DNA of 27,286 nt from Sulfuricurvum sp. GTDB taxonomy: Bacteria > Campylobacterota > Campylobacteria > Campylobacterales > Sulfurimonadaceae. Below the pieces are notes generated by a model that saw nothing but the letters and a program-made list of their open reading frames with translations, was not told where the DNA came from and searched no databases. Below are positions 1-8,963 of the stretch, in pieces. The stretch is taken from contig DYMK01000020.1 in NCBI GenBank assembly GCA_020721585.1, positions 1-27,286 of the forward strand, in the 5' to 3' direction. How positions within the stretch are numbered: position 1 is the first letter of the stretch; each line of letters opens with the position of its first letter. Made by a program: the position numbers and the translations under genes.

Positions 1-250
1 AATTGTAAAAAAATTCTTCGGCAACATCCCCTTGGTTATTGGAAATATTGCCTAAGAGTATTCCCATACGTTTGTTGGAGGTTCTGAGGTCTTCAAAACG
101 TTCGTCGGTTTTTTGCATTTGAGCATCGGTTTTGGCTTGCGATTCTCGCAATGCTTTCATCTGCGCATCGGTCTCTCTCATCTGCGCATCCGTCTTGGCT
201 TGCGAAATCGCTAAATTGGCAACGAGGTCTCGTAATTCTTGATCGGTCAT
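1..250 (-). CDS. Partial (5' end only) coiled-coil repeat protein; possibly the N-terminus of a DUF3782/PD-(D/E)XK-type protein
   Basis: Reverse-strand ATG at 250 with AAGGAG about 7 nt upstream on the minus strand. The open frame runs off the window start with no stop, which is why it is absent from the ORF track. The translation is MTDQELRDLVANLAISQAKTDAQMRETDAQMKALRESQAKTDAQMQKTDERFEDLRTSNKRMGILLGNISNNQGDVAEEFFTI. It shows an iterated (A)KTDAQM heptad-like repeat followed by an LGxLGN...G...EEFF segment. The family assignment is a recollection, not verified. Confidence 0.4.
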   Translation of the reverse strand, partial: MTDQELRDLVANLAISQAKTDAQMRETDAQMKALRESQAKTDAQMQKTDERFEDLRTSNKRMGILLGNISNNQGDVAEEFFYN

Positions 251-336
251 TGTGGGATCTCCTTAGGAAAAAGCATAATCGTATTTTAGCTTATTTTTTA
301 GACCCTGAAACACGCTCAGGGTGACGGGAGAGGGTG

Positions 337-1020
337 TTAAAAAACAATTTTCCCCTCTTCTTGCAACGTACGAAGAATCGCTTTGGCTTTGGTATGCCCA
401 TTGTAAGCAGCTTTTCGGCACCATTGCAATGCTTTGTCATGATCGGCTTCGCCCCCCAATCCTTGGTCGTACATGAGTCCCAGATTGTATTGCGCTTCAG
501 GGAGATCCATCTGCGCTGCGCGGGAAAAACAGATAAAGGCTTTGGGGTAGTTTTGGATCACCCCATGCCCCTCTTTAAACAAGACACCCAAATTATTAAA
601 CGCCCCCGCATGACCCCGTTTGGCACCCTCTTCGTACCAAAATGCCGCTTCGCTAAAATTTTGCACACATCCAAGCCCTTTTTCCAGACTTAACGCCACT
701 TCGTATTGGGCTTGAGGAAAATTTAAAATTGCACAACGAAGGAGTAATTCATGCGATTTAAACTGATCATGCGCGACCACAACACCATCAGCGTACATTA
801 ATGCAAGATTAAACAACGCCGTAGGTTCCTCCAATGCCGCAGCACGAACGTAATAGTCATACGCCTTTTCTAAATCAACGGCTACCCCTAATCCCTGTTG
901 ATAGAGATACCCCAACGACGAGAGGGCAATGGGGTGATTTTGGAGGGCTAAGGGTTCAAATCGTTCCCGAGCTACAGGGTAATCGTGGGCATGAAGCGCA
1001 TCAAAAGCTAATTGAAGCAT
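337..1020 (-). CDS. Sel1-like repeat (Hcp-like) protein; no signal peptide
   Basis: 227 aa with about six tandem Sel1-type repeats, each about 36 aa. Examples are AQYNLGLMYDQGLGGEADHDKALQWCRKAAYNGH, AFNNLGVLFKEGHGVIQNYPKAFICFSRAA and ALFNLALMYADGVVVAHDQFKSHELLLRCA. ATG at 1020. Confidence 0.75.
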   Translation of the reverse strand: MLQLAFDALHAHDYPVARERFEPLALQNHPIALSSLGYLYQQGLGVAVDLEKAYDYYVRAAALEEPTALFNLALMYADGVVVAHDQFKSHELLLRCAILNFPQAQYEVALSLEKGLGCVQNFSEAAFWYEEGAKRGHAGAFNNLGVLFKEGHGVIQNYPKAFICFSRAAQMDLPEAQYNLGLMYDQGLGGEADHDKALQWCRKAAYNGHTKAKAILRTLQEEGKIVF

Positions 1021-1058
1021 AAGTATCCATTTTTTGGGGGATTATAACGTGCATACCT

Positions 1059-1253
1059 TTAACGTCTAACTTTGCGGGTCTCGCGCTGTTTTTCTTTAAG
1101 TCGGGTCACAACATCTTTGAGTTCCTCTTTTTTTTTGAGGAGATCATCACGGATGAGATGTTCTTCATCCCCATCTACGTCCGGATCGTATTCTAGGGGG
1201 GAAGGATCATAATTTTTTAGGAGTTCTTCAAGGGTCATTGATGGGGTGTTCAT
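1059..1253 (-). CDS. Small highly charged hypothetical protein (64 aa)
   Basis: ATG-initiated ORF 38 nt upstream of the Sel1 gene on the same strand. Product is acidic then basic (..DPDVDGDEEHLIRDDLLKKKEELKDVVTRLKEKQRETRKVRR). The RBS is weak and no family was recognised. Confidence 0.3.
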   Translation of the reverse strand: MNTPSMTLEELLKNYDPSPLEYDPDVDGDEEHLIRDDLLKKKEELKDVVTRLKEKQRETRKVRR

Positions 1254-1420
1254 GGTTTTTTCCGTTAAAAAATTTTCTTTATTATAAAAGGTTTTTGCTT
1301 ATTCTCACTCACATTAAAAAGGCAATGGTTATTTTTTGTCTCATAATGGGGTACTTCATCCCCTAAAAGATAGAACAAAAATTGTATTGATTTAGGTATC
1401 TACCCACTTGAAGGAACATT

Positions 1421-1981
1421 ATGTCTATCCAAACCTACATCGCTGAAAACAAACTTGAATGGATGATCGTTTTTAACGGCTCAACCGATGCTTACCAATA
1501 CGCCTATCGCGGATGTCTTGTCATTACTGAGGGAAAAGTGATTACCCCCGACAAAAGCCTCCCCCCCAAAGAGATCGTTAAGCAAGTATTGTTGGCGACC
1601 AACAGCGATAGCATTGATTTTATGGCACTTGAACTTCCGACCATCAATCTTTTTGAAGGATTTTTTGCCAAATACCAACCCTATTTAACCCCTGAGGGGC
1701 AATATCTTCTCTTTATCTCTGACATTAATGGAAAAGGGAAATTTATGTACGAGGGGATCACGTTCTACGCTTACGCACTCGATGAGAGTTCGGTATGGAA
1801 TGAAGTGCTTGATTATGCCGATTTGTCCAAAGGGGATTTGAAAAAAATGTCCGATAAAGAGAAAATCGATACGGTGTGCAAAGAGATGAAACGGACGAAA
1901 CTTCGTATCACCGACAAAACGTATGAAGAGATCAAAGCGACCCAAACAGCACAAGGGAAACTTTCGTTCGGAGCGGTTTAA
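1421..1981 (+). CDS. Hypothetical protein (186 aa)
   Basis: ATG with GAAGGA RBS 6 nt upstream. Clean ORF, convergent with the NFACT gene. No family recognised from the sequence. Confidence 0.55.
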   Translation: MSIQTYIAENKLEWMIVFNGSTDAYQYAYRGCLVITEGKVITPDKSLPPKEIVKQVLLATNSDSIDFMALELPTINLFEGFFAKYQPYLTPEGQYLLFISDINGKGKFMYEGITFYAYALDESSVWNEVLDYADLSKGDLKKMSDKEKIDTVCKEMKRTKLRITDKTYEEIKATQTAQGKLSFGAV

Positions 1982-1999
1982 TACCCGTTCTTTGAAGCG

Positions 2000-3328
2000 T
2001 TATTTCTCCACCATCACCGTTTGGTATTTTGTGTACAGCACATTTGCCCCCTCTTGGATTCGTACCTCTCGGCGGGGGGTATAATCGACTAAATAACTCC
2101 CTTTCTCAAAAACCGAAAAATCAACACACAATTTTGCCGCCGCATGGATGAGATTAAGGGGAAGTTCTTGTTTGTCGGTGGTGATGATGACGTGGGCGGA
2201 GGGGCGATCTTTGAGATGGAGCCACACATCTTTGGCACGAGCGCGCTGAAGCAGTTGAATGTTTCCCCGCTCACTTTTTCCCAACGACACTTTGACCCCC
2301 TCAATCCAAAATTCGGCAATCCCATCGGAGGGGGTTGCTTTGGCTTTGATGCTTGCGACCTTTTGAGGAAAAAGCAACGCAATTTCTTGAGGGGTGGTGG
2401 CACCCTCAATGGTGTGGTAAAACAACTCCAAATAGCGAATTTTCTCCTCCAGATTGTCCCGCTCTTTGAAAAGATTCACCCCTTTTTGTTTGGCTTTTTT
2501 CCCTTTTTTAAAAAGTGCGTCCGCCATTCTTGCCCCCGTTGGTAGCCCTTTGGGTACCTCAAACGTTACGGTTTCTCCTGTAAAATCTTCTAAAGTCAGA
2601 TGTGTCTCATACCCTTTGATCCGGTGCAAGTTGGCTAAAATCAGTTGCCCTTGGTATTGCGCTTCATGGGCTTCGTGGAGAAGGGTTGCTTCATTGGGGA
2701 GAGCCTCACGATGGATCCGTAAGTGGGTGAGGCGTTTGAGAAGGAGCGTTTTTTTCTCTTTTTTGAGCTTGGCAAGTTGGGAAGAGGCGTATAGCTCGTA
2801 GGTTTGACGTAAAAATTCCTCTACGTTCTCAAGCGGATACCACACAGGGGTATACTCAGGACGGGGAGGATTGACCAACACCTCCCCCACACGGACACTG
2901 CGTACGGAGACCATTTCATCAATATGACGTAACGCTTGAAGAACGATTTCGTCTTTATCGAGTAAAATCGCATTGGTGTATTTTCCCGTAAATTCCAACT
3001 GAAGGAGGGTTGTTTCGCTCTTGTACGCGCCGTTTTGGGTCACGGTCATACGGAGCATTTTATCCCCATTGTGGAGGCTAATGGTGTGAATGGTGGAACG
3101 ATTCAGCCGTTTGGCAAGGAGAACATCAAAAGGGGCGTTATAGGTTTTGGTTCGTTGGGAGTTTGGGGAGATGAAAATCATCGCATTGCCCCCTCGCATA
3201 TCAAACGTCCATGCGTTGCGCTTATCAAATTCAATGCGTATTTGGGTGTCACTGATTCGATAGACCCGTTCAATGTGGGTAAATTGGGTCATAGTGGTGA
3301 TAATTTGGGCTAAATGGGTCTGTTTCAT
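2000..3328 (-). CDS. NFACT-family RNA-binding protein (RqcH/FbpA-like, 'fibronectin/fibrinogen-binding protein' type), short epsilonproteobacterial form
   Basis: 442 aa. The C-terminal region carries an NFACT-R/DUF814-like segment (..AKDVWLHLKDRPSAHVII..). Size and architecture resemble the roughly 435-aa FbpA homologues of Campylobacter. Confidence 0.7.
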   Translation of the reverse strand: MKQTHLAQIITTMTQFTHIERVYRISDTQIRIEFDKRNAWTFDMRGGNAMIFISPNSQRTKTYNAPFDVLLAKRLNRSTIHTISLHNGDKMLRMTVTQNGAYKSETTLLQLEFTGKYTNAILLDKDEIVLQALRHIDEMVSVRSVRVGEVLVNPPRPEYTPVWYPLENVEEFLRQTYELYASSQLAKLKKEKKTLLLKRLTHLRIHREALPNEATLLHEAHEAQYQGQLILANLHRIKGYETHLTLEDFTGETVTFEVPKGLPTGARMADALFKKGKKAKQKGVNLFKERDNLEEKIRYLELFYHTIEGATTPQEIALLFPQKVASIKAKATPSDGIAEFWIEGVKVSLGKSERGNIQLLQRARAKDVWLHLKDRPSAHVIITTDKQELPLNLIHAAAKLCVDFSVFEKGSYLVDYTPRREVRIQEGANVLYTKYQTVMVEK

Positions 3329-3526
3329 GGGGAAATCTTTCGTGGTGTTTGCAATGGTGTAATGATAGCGTGTTGTCTTTCGTTCTTAGCACGCACGCGT
3401 GCATTCACCCAAGGGCTTAGAAATGGAATAAAGTATAATTACCGTTTTTGGTATAAACATTTCAAGCACTTAGTATAAGTATAATAACAGACAGGGTTAA
3501 ATTTAGGTCATGAGTAGGTAGTTTTA

Positions 3527-5752
3527 ATGTGGGCAAAATTTCAAGAGGTGATTAATCGTTCCATTCGATCGTATCCTCAGTACGTTTTGGGTATTTTTGC
3601 CATACTCTTTTTTATCCTCATTAGCTCCCATTTTAATCCCGAATCACAAGCCCTGATCGCTTATGGAACGGTTGGCTTTTTTATTGTGGCGATTATGGCG
3701 GGATTTGCCGATAAGATCCGATTGACACTCCTCTTTTTAGCCCTTTTGGTCTCGTGGCGGTACATCGTTTGGCGTGTGACCGATACCATTGTGTATACGG
3801 GATTTTTTGATTTTATGGGGACACTGTTACTGGTCATTGCCGAAATCTATGGGCTTATCCTCTCTACGTTGGGTATTTTTACGTCGCTTAATCTCCTTGA
3901 TCGAAAACCGCTCAGTATTGCCCAAATTTCCCCATCGAAGCTACCCACAGTCGATGTGGTGATTCCTACCTATAATGAAGCGTTTGAATTGGTCATTGAT
4001 ACGGCATTAGCCTCTATGATGATGCACTACCCCAAAGAAAAACTGCGGGTATGTATCCTCGATGATGGGGGAAGTGACCAAAAAATCAGCGATCCTGACC
4101 CTACCAAACGGGCGATTGCGCTGAAACGACGGGAACAATTTCAACGCTTTTGCGATGAAAATGGGGTGAGTTACATCACCCGTGAGCGCAATATCAATGC
4201 CAAAGCGGGGAACATTAACAGTGCGTTGCGCTATTTGGAGGGAGAATTGATCCTTATTTTGGATTGTGACCATATCCCTACCCATGATTTTTTAGAAAAT
4301 ACCGTAGGGGAGTTTATCCACGATCCTAAGATGTTTTTGGTGCAAACGCCGCACGCGTTTTACAATCCTGACCCTGTCGAAAAAAATCTCAATGTGTTCC
4401 GTCACTCCCCATCGGAAAATGAGATGTTTTACTACCATATCCAAAAAGGGCATGATTTTTGGGAGAGTTCGTTTTTTTGTGGTTCGGCTGCGGTATTACG
4501 CCGTAAATATCTCGATGAAGTGGGGGGCATTGCGGGGGAGACCATCACCGAAGATGCCGAAACCGCCCTCAAACTCCACGCCAGAGGGTACAAAAGTGCT
4601 TACATCCCCATTCCGATGATTCGGGGGTTGCAACCGGAGAGTTTTAGTGCGTTGGTCTTGCAGCGGGTTCGATGGTCACAGGGGATGATACAGATTTTTT
4701 TGCTGGTCAATCCGCTGATGCAGAATTTAAAACTCCACCAAAAATTGAGCTATTTTAGCGCCAGCTTTTTTTGGTTTTTCTCCTACGCGCGGGTGGTGTA
4801 CCTCTTGGCTCCTTTGGGGTATTTGCTTTTTGGGCTTCGGGTCTATCACGCGACTCCCATGGAGATACTCATTTATACGATCCCGAATTTAATTTTGGCC
4901 ATCACCGTTTCGTATTATCTTTACCGTAAAGTACGGTGGAGTTTTTACTCCGAAGTGTACGAAACGGCGTTGTCGTTGTTTACCCTCCCTGCCATTTTTT
5001 CGGTTTTTCTCCACCCGCGCGCCCCTGAGTTCGCGGTCACGCCCAAGGGTGAGAATTCCGAAGAAGATTTTATCAGTCAGCTCTATACCCCATTTATCCT
5101 TATCTTGCTGTTGATTATTGCGGGATTTTTTATGGGAATTTACCGCTTTATCTTTGATCCTGTTTCATGGACGGTGACGTTAACCACCTTGGTATGGAAC
5201 AGCTTTAACCTCTTTTTGATCTTATCGGCATTGGTCATCGTCTATGAAAAACGGCAAGTGCGCCGTTATACCCGTATCCCCTCCGATGAGTTGGTGCTAT
5301 TAACCCTCAACGATCAAACCTATTATGGGAAGGTTTCGGATATTTCCATGGGGGGAATTTCGGTGAAATTTTACGAAGATGAAGAAGGAAATCTCCCCCC
5401 TGTGTTAGACCGCTACACGGTGTACTCCCTCATTGTCGAAGATGAATTTGGACGTAAAACCGTATTGAAGGGGAAATATTTGCATCACTTCAAATACACC
5501 TCCGTTTTCCGTTTTACCGAAGCATCCGACGATATGGAGCAACGCAAAGCGTTATTACGGATCATGTTTGGTCAAAACACCCGCTGGATTGAATACGAAA
5601 AAATTGAGGAGCATCTTACCCCCATTGCGGCGTTTGTCCATCTTGCGTCTAAAATACGTCATGAGTTGCAATTGGGTAAAATTATGCTCCATTTTATCGC
5701 TGAAGTAAAGCTCTCGTGGGCGAATTTTGTTACCACTAAATTTAAAGGATAG
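3527..5752 (+). CDS. bcsA: Cellulose synthase catalytic subunit BcsA (GT2, UDP-forming) with C-terminal PilZ c-di-GMP-binding domain
   Basis: 741 aa with multiple TM helices. GT2 motifs DVVIPTYNE, ILDDGG, DCDH, TEDAET and QRVRWSQG (QxxRW). PilZ motifs RRYTRIP (RxxxR) and DISMGGISV (DxSxGG). ATG at 3527. Confidence 0.9.
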   Translation: MWAKFQEVINRSIRSYPQYVLGIFAILFFILISSHFNPESQALIAYGTVGFFIVAIMAGFADKIRLTLLFLALLVSWRYIVWRVTDTIVYTGFFDFMGTLLLVIAEIYGLILSTLGIFTSLNLLDRKPLSIAQISPSKLPTVDVVIPTYNEAFELVIDTALASMMMHYPKEKLRVCILDDGGSDQKISDPDPTKRAIALKRREQFQRFCDENGVSYITRERNINAKAGNINSALRYLEGELILILDCDHIPTHDFLENTVGEFIHDPKMFLVQTPHAFYNPDPVEKNLNVFRHSPSENEMFYYHIQKGHDFWESSFFCGSAAVLRRKYLDEVGGIAGETITEDAETALKLHARGYKSAYIPIPMIRGLQPESFSALVLQRVRWSQGMIQIFLLVNPLMQNLKLHQKLSYFSASFFWFFSYARVVYLLAPLGYLLFGLRVYHATPMEILIYTIPNLILAITVSYYLYRKVRWSFYSEVYETALSLFTLPAIFSVFLHPRAPEFAVTPKGENSEEDFISQLYTPFILILLLIIAGFFMGIYRFIFDPVSWTVTLTTLVWNSFNLFLILSALVIVYEKRQVRRYTRIPSDELVLLTLNDQTYYGKVSDISMGGISVKFYEDEEGNLPPVLDRYTVYSLIVEDEFGRKTVLKGKYLHHFKYTSVFRFTEASDDMEQRKALLRIMFGQNTRWIEYEKIEEHLTPIAAFVHLASKIRHELQLGKIMLHFIAEVKLSWANFVTTKFKG

Positions 5753-5755
5753 TCA

Positions 5756-7975
5756 ATGCGAATTTTTCTCATTTTAGTATTAGCATGGGGGGGATTACTC
5801 TATGCCAAAACCCCCTTGTCACTCAAAGCCAATGGGGATGGAACCCAGACCCTCACCCTACCGCTCAATTACGAATCCCAAAATGCGACCCATTTTAAGT
5901 TGCAAGGTGCCAGAGCTGAATACGCCTTGAAACTCCCCATCGCCTCACGGTGGGTGGTTCTTTCGGCTAAATTGCATCTTCGTTATACCCCCTCATTAGC
6001 CCTTATCCCTGAACGGTCATTGATTACGATAGGGCTTAATGGGGAGACCGTAGCGCAAGCGTGGCTCAATGCTTCGGATCGGGGAATGGGGAAATTCATC
6101 GATGCGACCTTACCCCCTGAAGCCTTTACCCCCTATACCACCCTTTCGTTAAGTGCCGATCAACACTACACTACCACCCAGTGTGAGGATGATACCGCTT
6201 CAGAATTATGGACGAATGTGGATGCGGCTAAAAGTACCATTGAACTGACCCTTTTACCCAAAGTGCTACCCTCATCCCTTAGTGCCATTGACCAGTACCT
6301 TTTTGATCCTAAAAATGTTACCGCCCAACCCATTACCTTTGTTCTCCCCCAAAAACGGGGTCAAACTTTAGCCAAGAGTGCGGTCATTGTTGCTAGTACG
6401 TTGGGGAGTAAACTCAAATACCGTACCACCTCTATTTCCGTTGCCTCCATAATCCCCGCAACAGGCGATGCGGTGGTCATTGCCACCCACGACGAACTTA
6501 AAGCGTTACTGCGCACGTCATTTCCCACCGTTGCTGTACCCGATCTCCAAAACAATGGAATCCTTTTTATCCCCAATCCCATCAATCCCCACTATGGGAT
6601 TATCGCCCTTACGGGGAAAACTGCCCCCCACGTGCTTCAAAGCGCGCACGCGTTTGCCACATCAACCTTTGCGTTGTATCACGGTTCAGGGGTAGCGGTC
6701 AATCACGTGACCCTTCCACAACCCGCACAACCCTACACCGCTCCCAATTATCTCCCCACAGGGAAAAAGATTACGTTCAAAGAATTAGGTACCCCAACCA
6801 CCTCGTTTAAATACATGTATCCCACCCCCATGGAGGTCAATTTTAAAATTTATCCCGACCTCTTTTTGGACGATAAAGAGAAAATTGCCATCGGGGTCAA
6901 TGGGATCTACCCCTCCAAAGTGCGGTTTGATTCGGTCTTAACGATCATGGTCAACGATAAATTTGCGTCGCAATTGACCTTTGAGGATAAACTCTCCAAA
7001 GCCGTTGGGATCACCCATTTTTTTAATTTTAAAAAATCGGATGATTTTTCCGCCTATTTGATCGGTAAAGGAGGCAATCGCCTCACCTTGCAACCCTCGA
7101 TGGTACCGTTTAAAAAAGGGTTGTGTGAATTGCACAATATGGAAAACTTGCAATCGACCCTTCTAAACAGCTCTTATATCGAGTTTCCCAAAGCCCCCCA
7201 TTGGCTGGAGATGCCTTATATTCGCTATTTCGTGTACGGTGCGTACCCTTTTTCCATCTATCCGGATGGTTCCCACAGTGCCATGGTCTTGGACTCTTTT
7301 TCGGATGCTAATCTCAAAGCGGCGTTGAGTATTGGCTTTTTCTTGGGCAAAGAGATTGGAACCCCTCTGTATCGCATCCATGTCACCACCCATCCTGAGG
7401 AGGCAAAAGAGAAAGAGATCATCGCCATTAGTGCGTATGGACACGCTATGGGGAAAGTGTTGGAAAAAGCGCATGTCAATGTCCTCAATACCCGCTTTAC
7501 CACCGCGTTTCCCATGGGTACGTCGTTTGTTGATGCTCTTGGATTTTTTGATACGGCACGACTGCACCCTTTTAGCAGTACGCAGGGGGTAGGAGAATCG
7601 AGTCAATCGGCGAAAAAAGTGTTAGTACAACTGTTTCAATCCCCTTATGATGGTTCCCATTCGGTGGTTGCGTTGCAATACGATTCCCCTGATTCGTTGG
7701 CAAAAGGGGTCAATTTACTCTTTTCACCCGAACAAGAGATAGGATGGAACAGCGATACCCTCATCATTGATACCGATACGCAGACCATCCGCTCGTTTGA
7801 GTTGGGGCAAAAATATTTTGTGGGGGATTTGAGCTGGTGGGCAAAAATCCGTTATTATCTCACTGCAAGTCCCGTGTGGTTTGGGGTGTTTGCATTGCTC
7901 TTTGCCTTTGCGTTGGCGTATGTGGTTCGCCGTATTTTGATCAATTTTAAGCGTAAACATCACCCCCATGTTTAA
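5756..7975 (+). CDS. bcsB: Cellulose synthase periplasmic/regulatory subunit BcsB
   Basis: 739 aa immediately after bcsA (3-nt gap, AAAGGA RBS). N-terminal signal peptide MRIFLILVLAWGGLLYA and a C-terminal TM anchor (..VWFGVFALLFAFALAYVV). Size and position are typical of BcsB. Confidence 0.8.
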   Translation: MRIFLILVLAWGGLLYAKTPLSLKANGDGTQTLTLPLNYESQNATHFKLQGARAEYALKLPIASRWVVLSAKLHLRYTPSLALIPERSLITIGLNGETVAQAWLNASDRGMGKFIDATLPPEAFTPYTTLSLSADQHYTTTQCEDDTASELWTNVDAAKSTIELTLLPKVLPSSLSAIDQYLFDPKNVTAQPITFVLPQKRGQTLAKSAVIVASTLGSKLKYRTTSISVASIIPATGDAVVIATHDELKALLRTSFPTVAVPDLQNNGILFIPNPINPHYGIIALTGKTAPHVLQSAHAFATSTFALYHGSGVAVNHVTLPQPAQPYTAPNYLPTGKKITFKELGTPTTSFKYMYPTPMEVNFKIYPDLFLDDKEKIAIGVNGIYPSKVRFDSVLTIMVNDKFASQLTFEDKLSKAVGITHFFNFKKSDDFSAYLIGKGGNRLTLQPSMVPFKKGLCELHNMENLQSTLLNSSYIEFPKAPHWLEMPYIRYFVYGAYPFSIYPDGSHSAMVLDSFSDANLKAALSIGFFLGKEIGTPLYRIHVTTHPEEAKEKEIIAISAYGHAMGKVLEKAHVNVLNTRFTTAFPMGTSFVDALGFFDTARLHPFSSTQGVGESSQSAKKVLVQLFQSPYDGSHSVVALQYDSPDSLAKGVNLLFSPEQEIGWNSDTLIIDTDTQTIRSFELGQKYFVGDLSWWAKIRYYLTASPVWFGVFALLFAFALAYVVRRILINFKRKHHPHV

Positions 7976-8963
7976 GGTTTGGATCGTTTTTTTCATCGTG
8001 GTGACGCAGCTTGATGCGGTAACGTGGGAGAGTTTTAAGCACCACTATATCCAAGCCGATGGGCGGGTGCGTGATCCCCAAAATGGGGAGATTAGCCACA
8101 CCGAGGGGATTGGGTATGCGATGTTTTTTGCCGTTTCGTTTAACGACCAAGCGACCTTTGAACGGTTGGATCGGTGGTTGGAGGACAATATCCCCAAAAA
8201 TGAGAAGGGGCTGTACCCTTGGAAATGGGGCAAAGATGGTCACGGTCACTGGGGGGTATTAGACCCCAATAACGCCACCGATGGGGATATGTGGATCGCG
8301 TATGCGCGGATCAAAGCGGCGCAAAAGTTTCATCTCCCCCAACAACAGACCAAAGCCCTTGCCCAATTGGACGCGCTGGAAAAAGGGGTGATGCTTCGCG
8401 TGGAGGGAAAAGTATTCCTTTTACCGGGGGCTGAGGGGTTTGTCCACCCCGCTACGCTGACGCTGAACCCTTCGTATTCCATCCCCTTTATTTTGGAGAC
8501 CTTTGGGCGGGTCACGGCGCATCCCCAATGGGGCGAGCTTACGACCAATGCCAAAGAGATGTTACGTCAACGCTTCTCCTTGTATGGGATTCATCCCGAT
8601 TGGATCAGCTACCATCAAGGGGTCTATTCTCTTTTGGTCGAAAAACCCTCTTTTAGTTACGACGCGCTGCGGATACCGCTGTTTTGGAGTATTTGGTACC
8701 GATCGCATCCCGATACGTCCAATGTTTTGGCGGGGTATACGAAACTGACAAAATTGGGCTATTTTCCCCGCAGTATCGATTTGTTGCACAACAGCGCTTC
8801 ACTGTACGAAGATCATTCTGACGCATTGTGCCGCTCTTTGGCCTTTTTTTCACCCTCTACGATAAAGGATTGTCATGACACCAACATCACCTATTTTAGC
8901 GACGCTATTGCTCTCTTTGCTGTTCTCCCCCCTTCTTGCTACGACGATACCCCCCTCCACTAA
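7968..8963 (+). CDS. bcsZ: Glycoside hydrolase family 8 endoglucanase (BcsZ-like)
   Basis: 331 aa with an N-terminal hydrophobic leader. GH8 signature blocks ..NGEISHTEGIGYAMFFAV.. and ..ATDGDMWIAYARI.. match the BcsZ motifs SEGQSYGMFFAL and ASDADLWIAYSL. Overlaps the bcsB stop by 8 nt. Confidence 0.8.
   Translation: MFKVWIVFFIVVTQLDAVTWESFKHHYIQADGRVRDPQNGEISHTEGIGYAMFFAVSFNDQATFERLDRWLEDNIPKNEKGLYPWKWGKDGHGHWGVLDPNNATDGDMWIAYARIKAAQKFHLPQQQTKALAQLDALEKGVMLRVEGKVFLLPGAEGFVHPATLTLNPSYSIPFILETFGRVTAHPQWGELTTNAKEMLRQRFSLYGIHPDWISYHQGVYSLLVEKPSFSYDALRIPLFWSIWYRSHPDTSNVLAGYTKLTKLGYFPRSIDLLHNSASLYEDHSDALCRSLAFFSPSTIKDCHDTNITYFSDAIALFAVLPPSCYDDTPLH

Noticed and set aside
334-693. 119-aa forward ORF
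   Set aside because: Lies entirely antisense to the well-supported Sel1-repeat gene. No RBS and a low-complexity product, so it is a shadow ORF.
3393-3402. 10-bp perfect palindrome gcacgcgtgc in the rqcH/bcsA divergent intergenic region
   Set aside because: 10-bp palindromes are expected roughly 25 times by chance in a 27-kb window, and there is no second copy or flanking symmetry.
8875-8963. Possibility that the bcsZ/bcsC 89-nt overlap reflects a mis-called bcsC start
   Set aside because: The 8875 ATG has a good SD and a textbook signal peptide, and there is no later in-frame Met near the overlap. Both calls are kept and the overlap is flagged as a finding rather than resolved.
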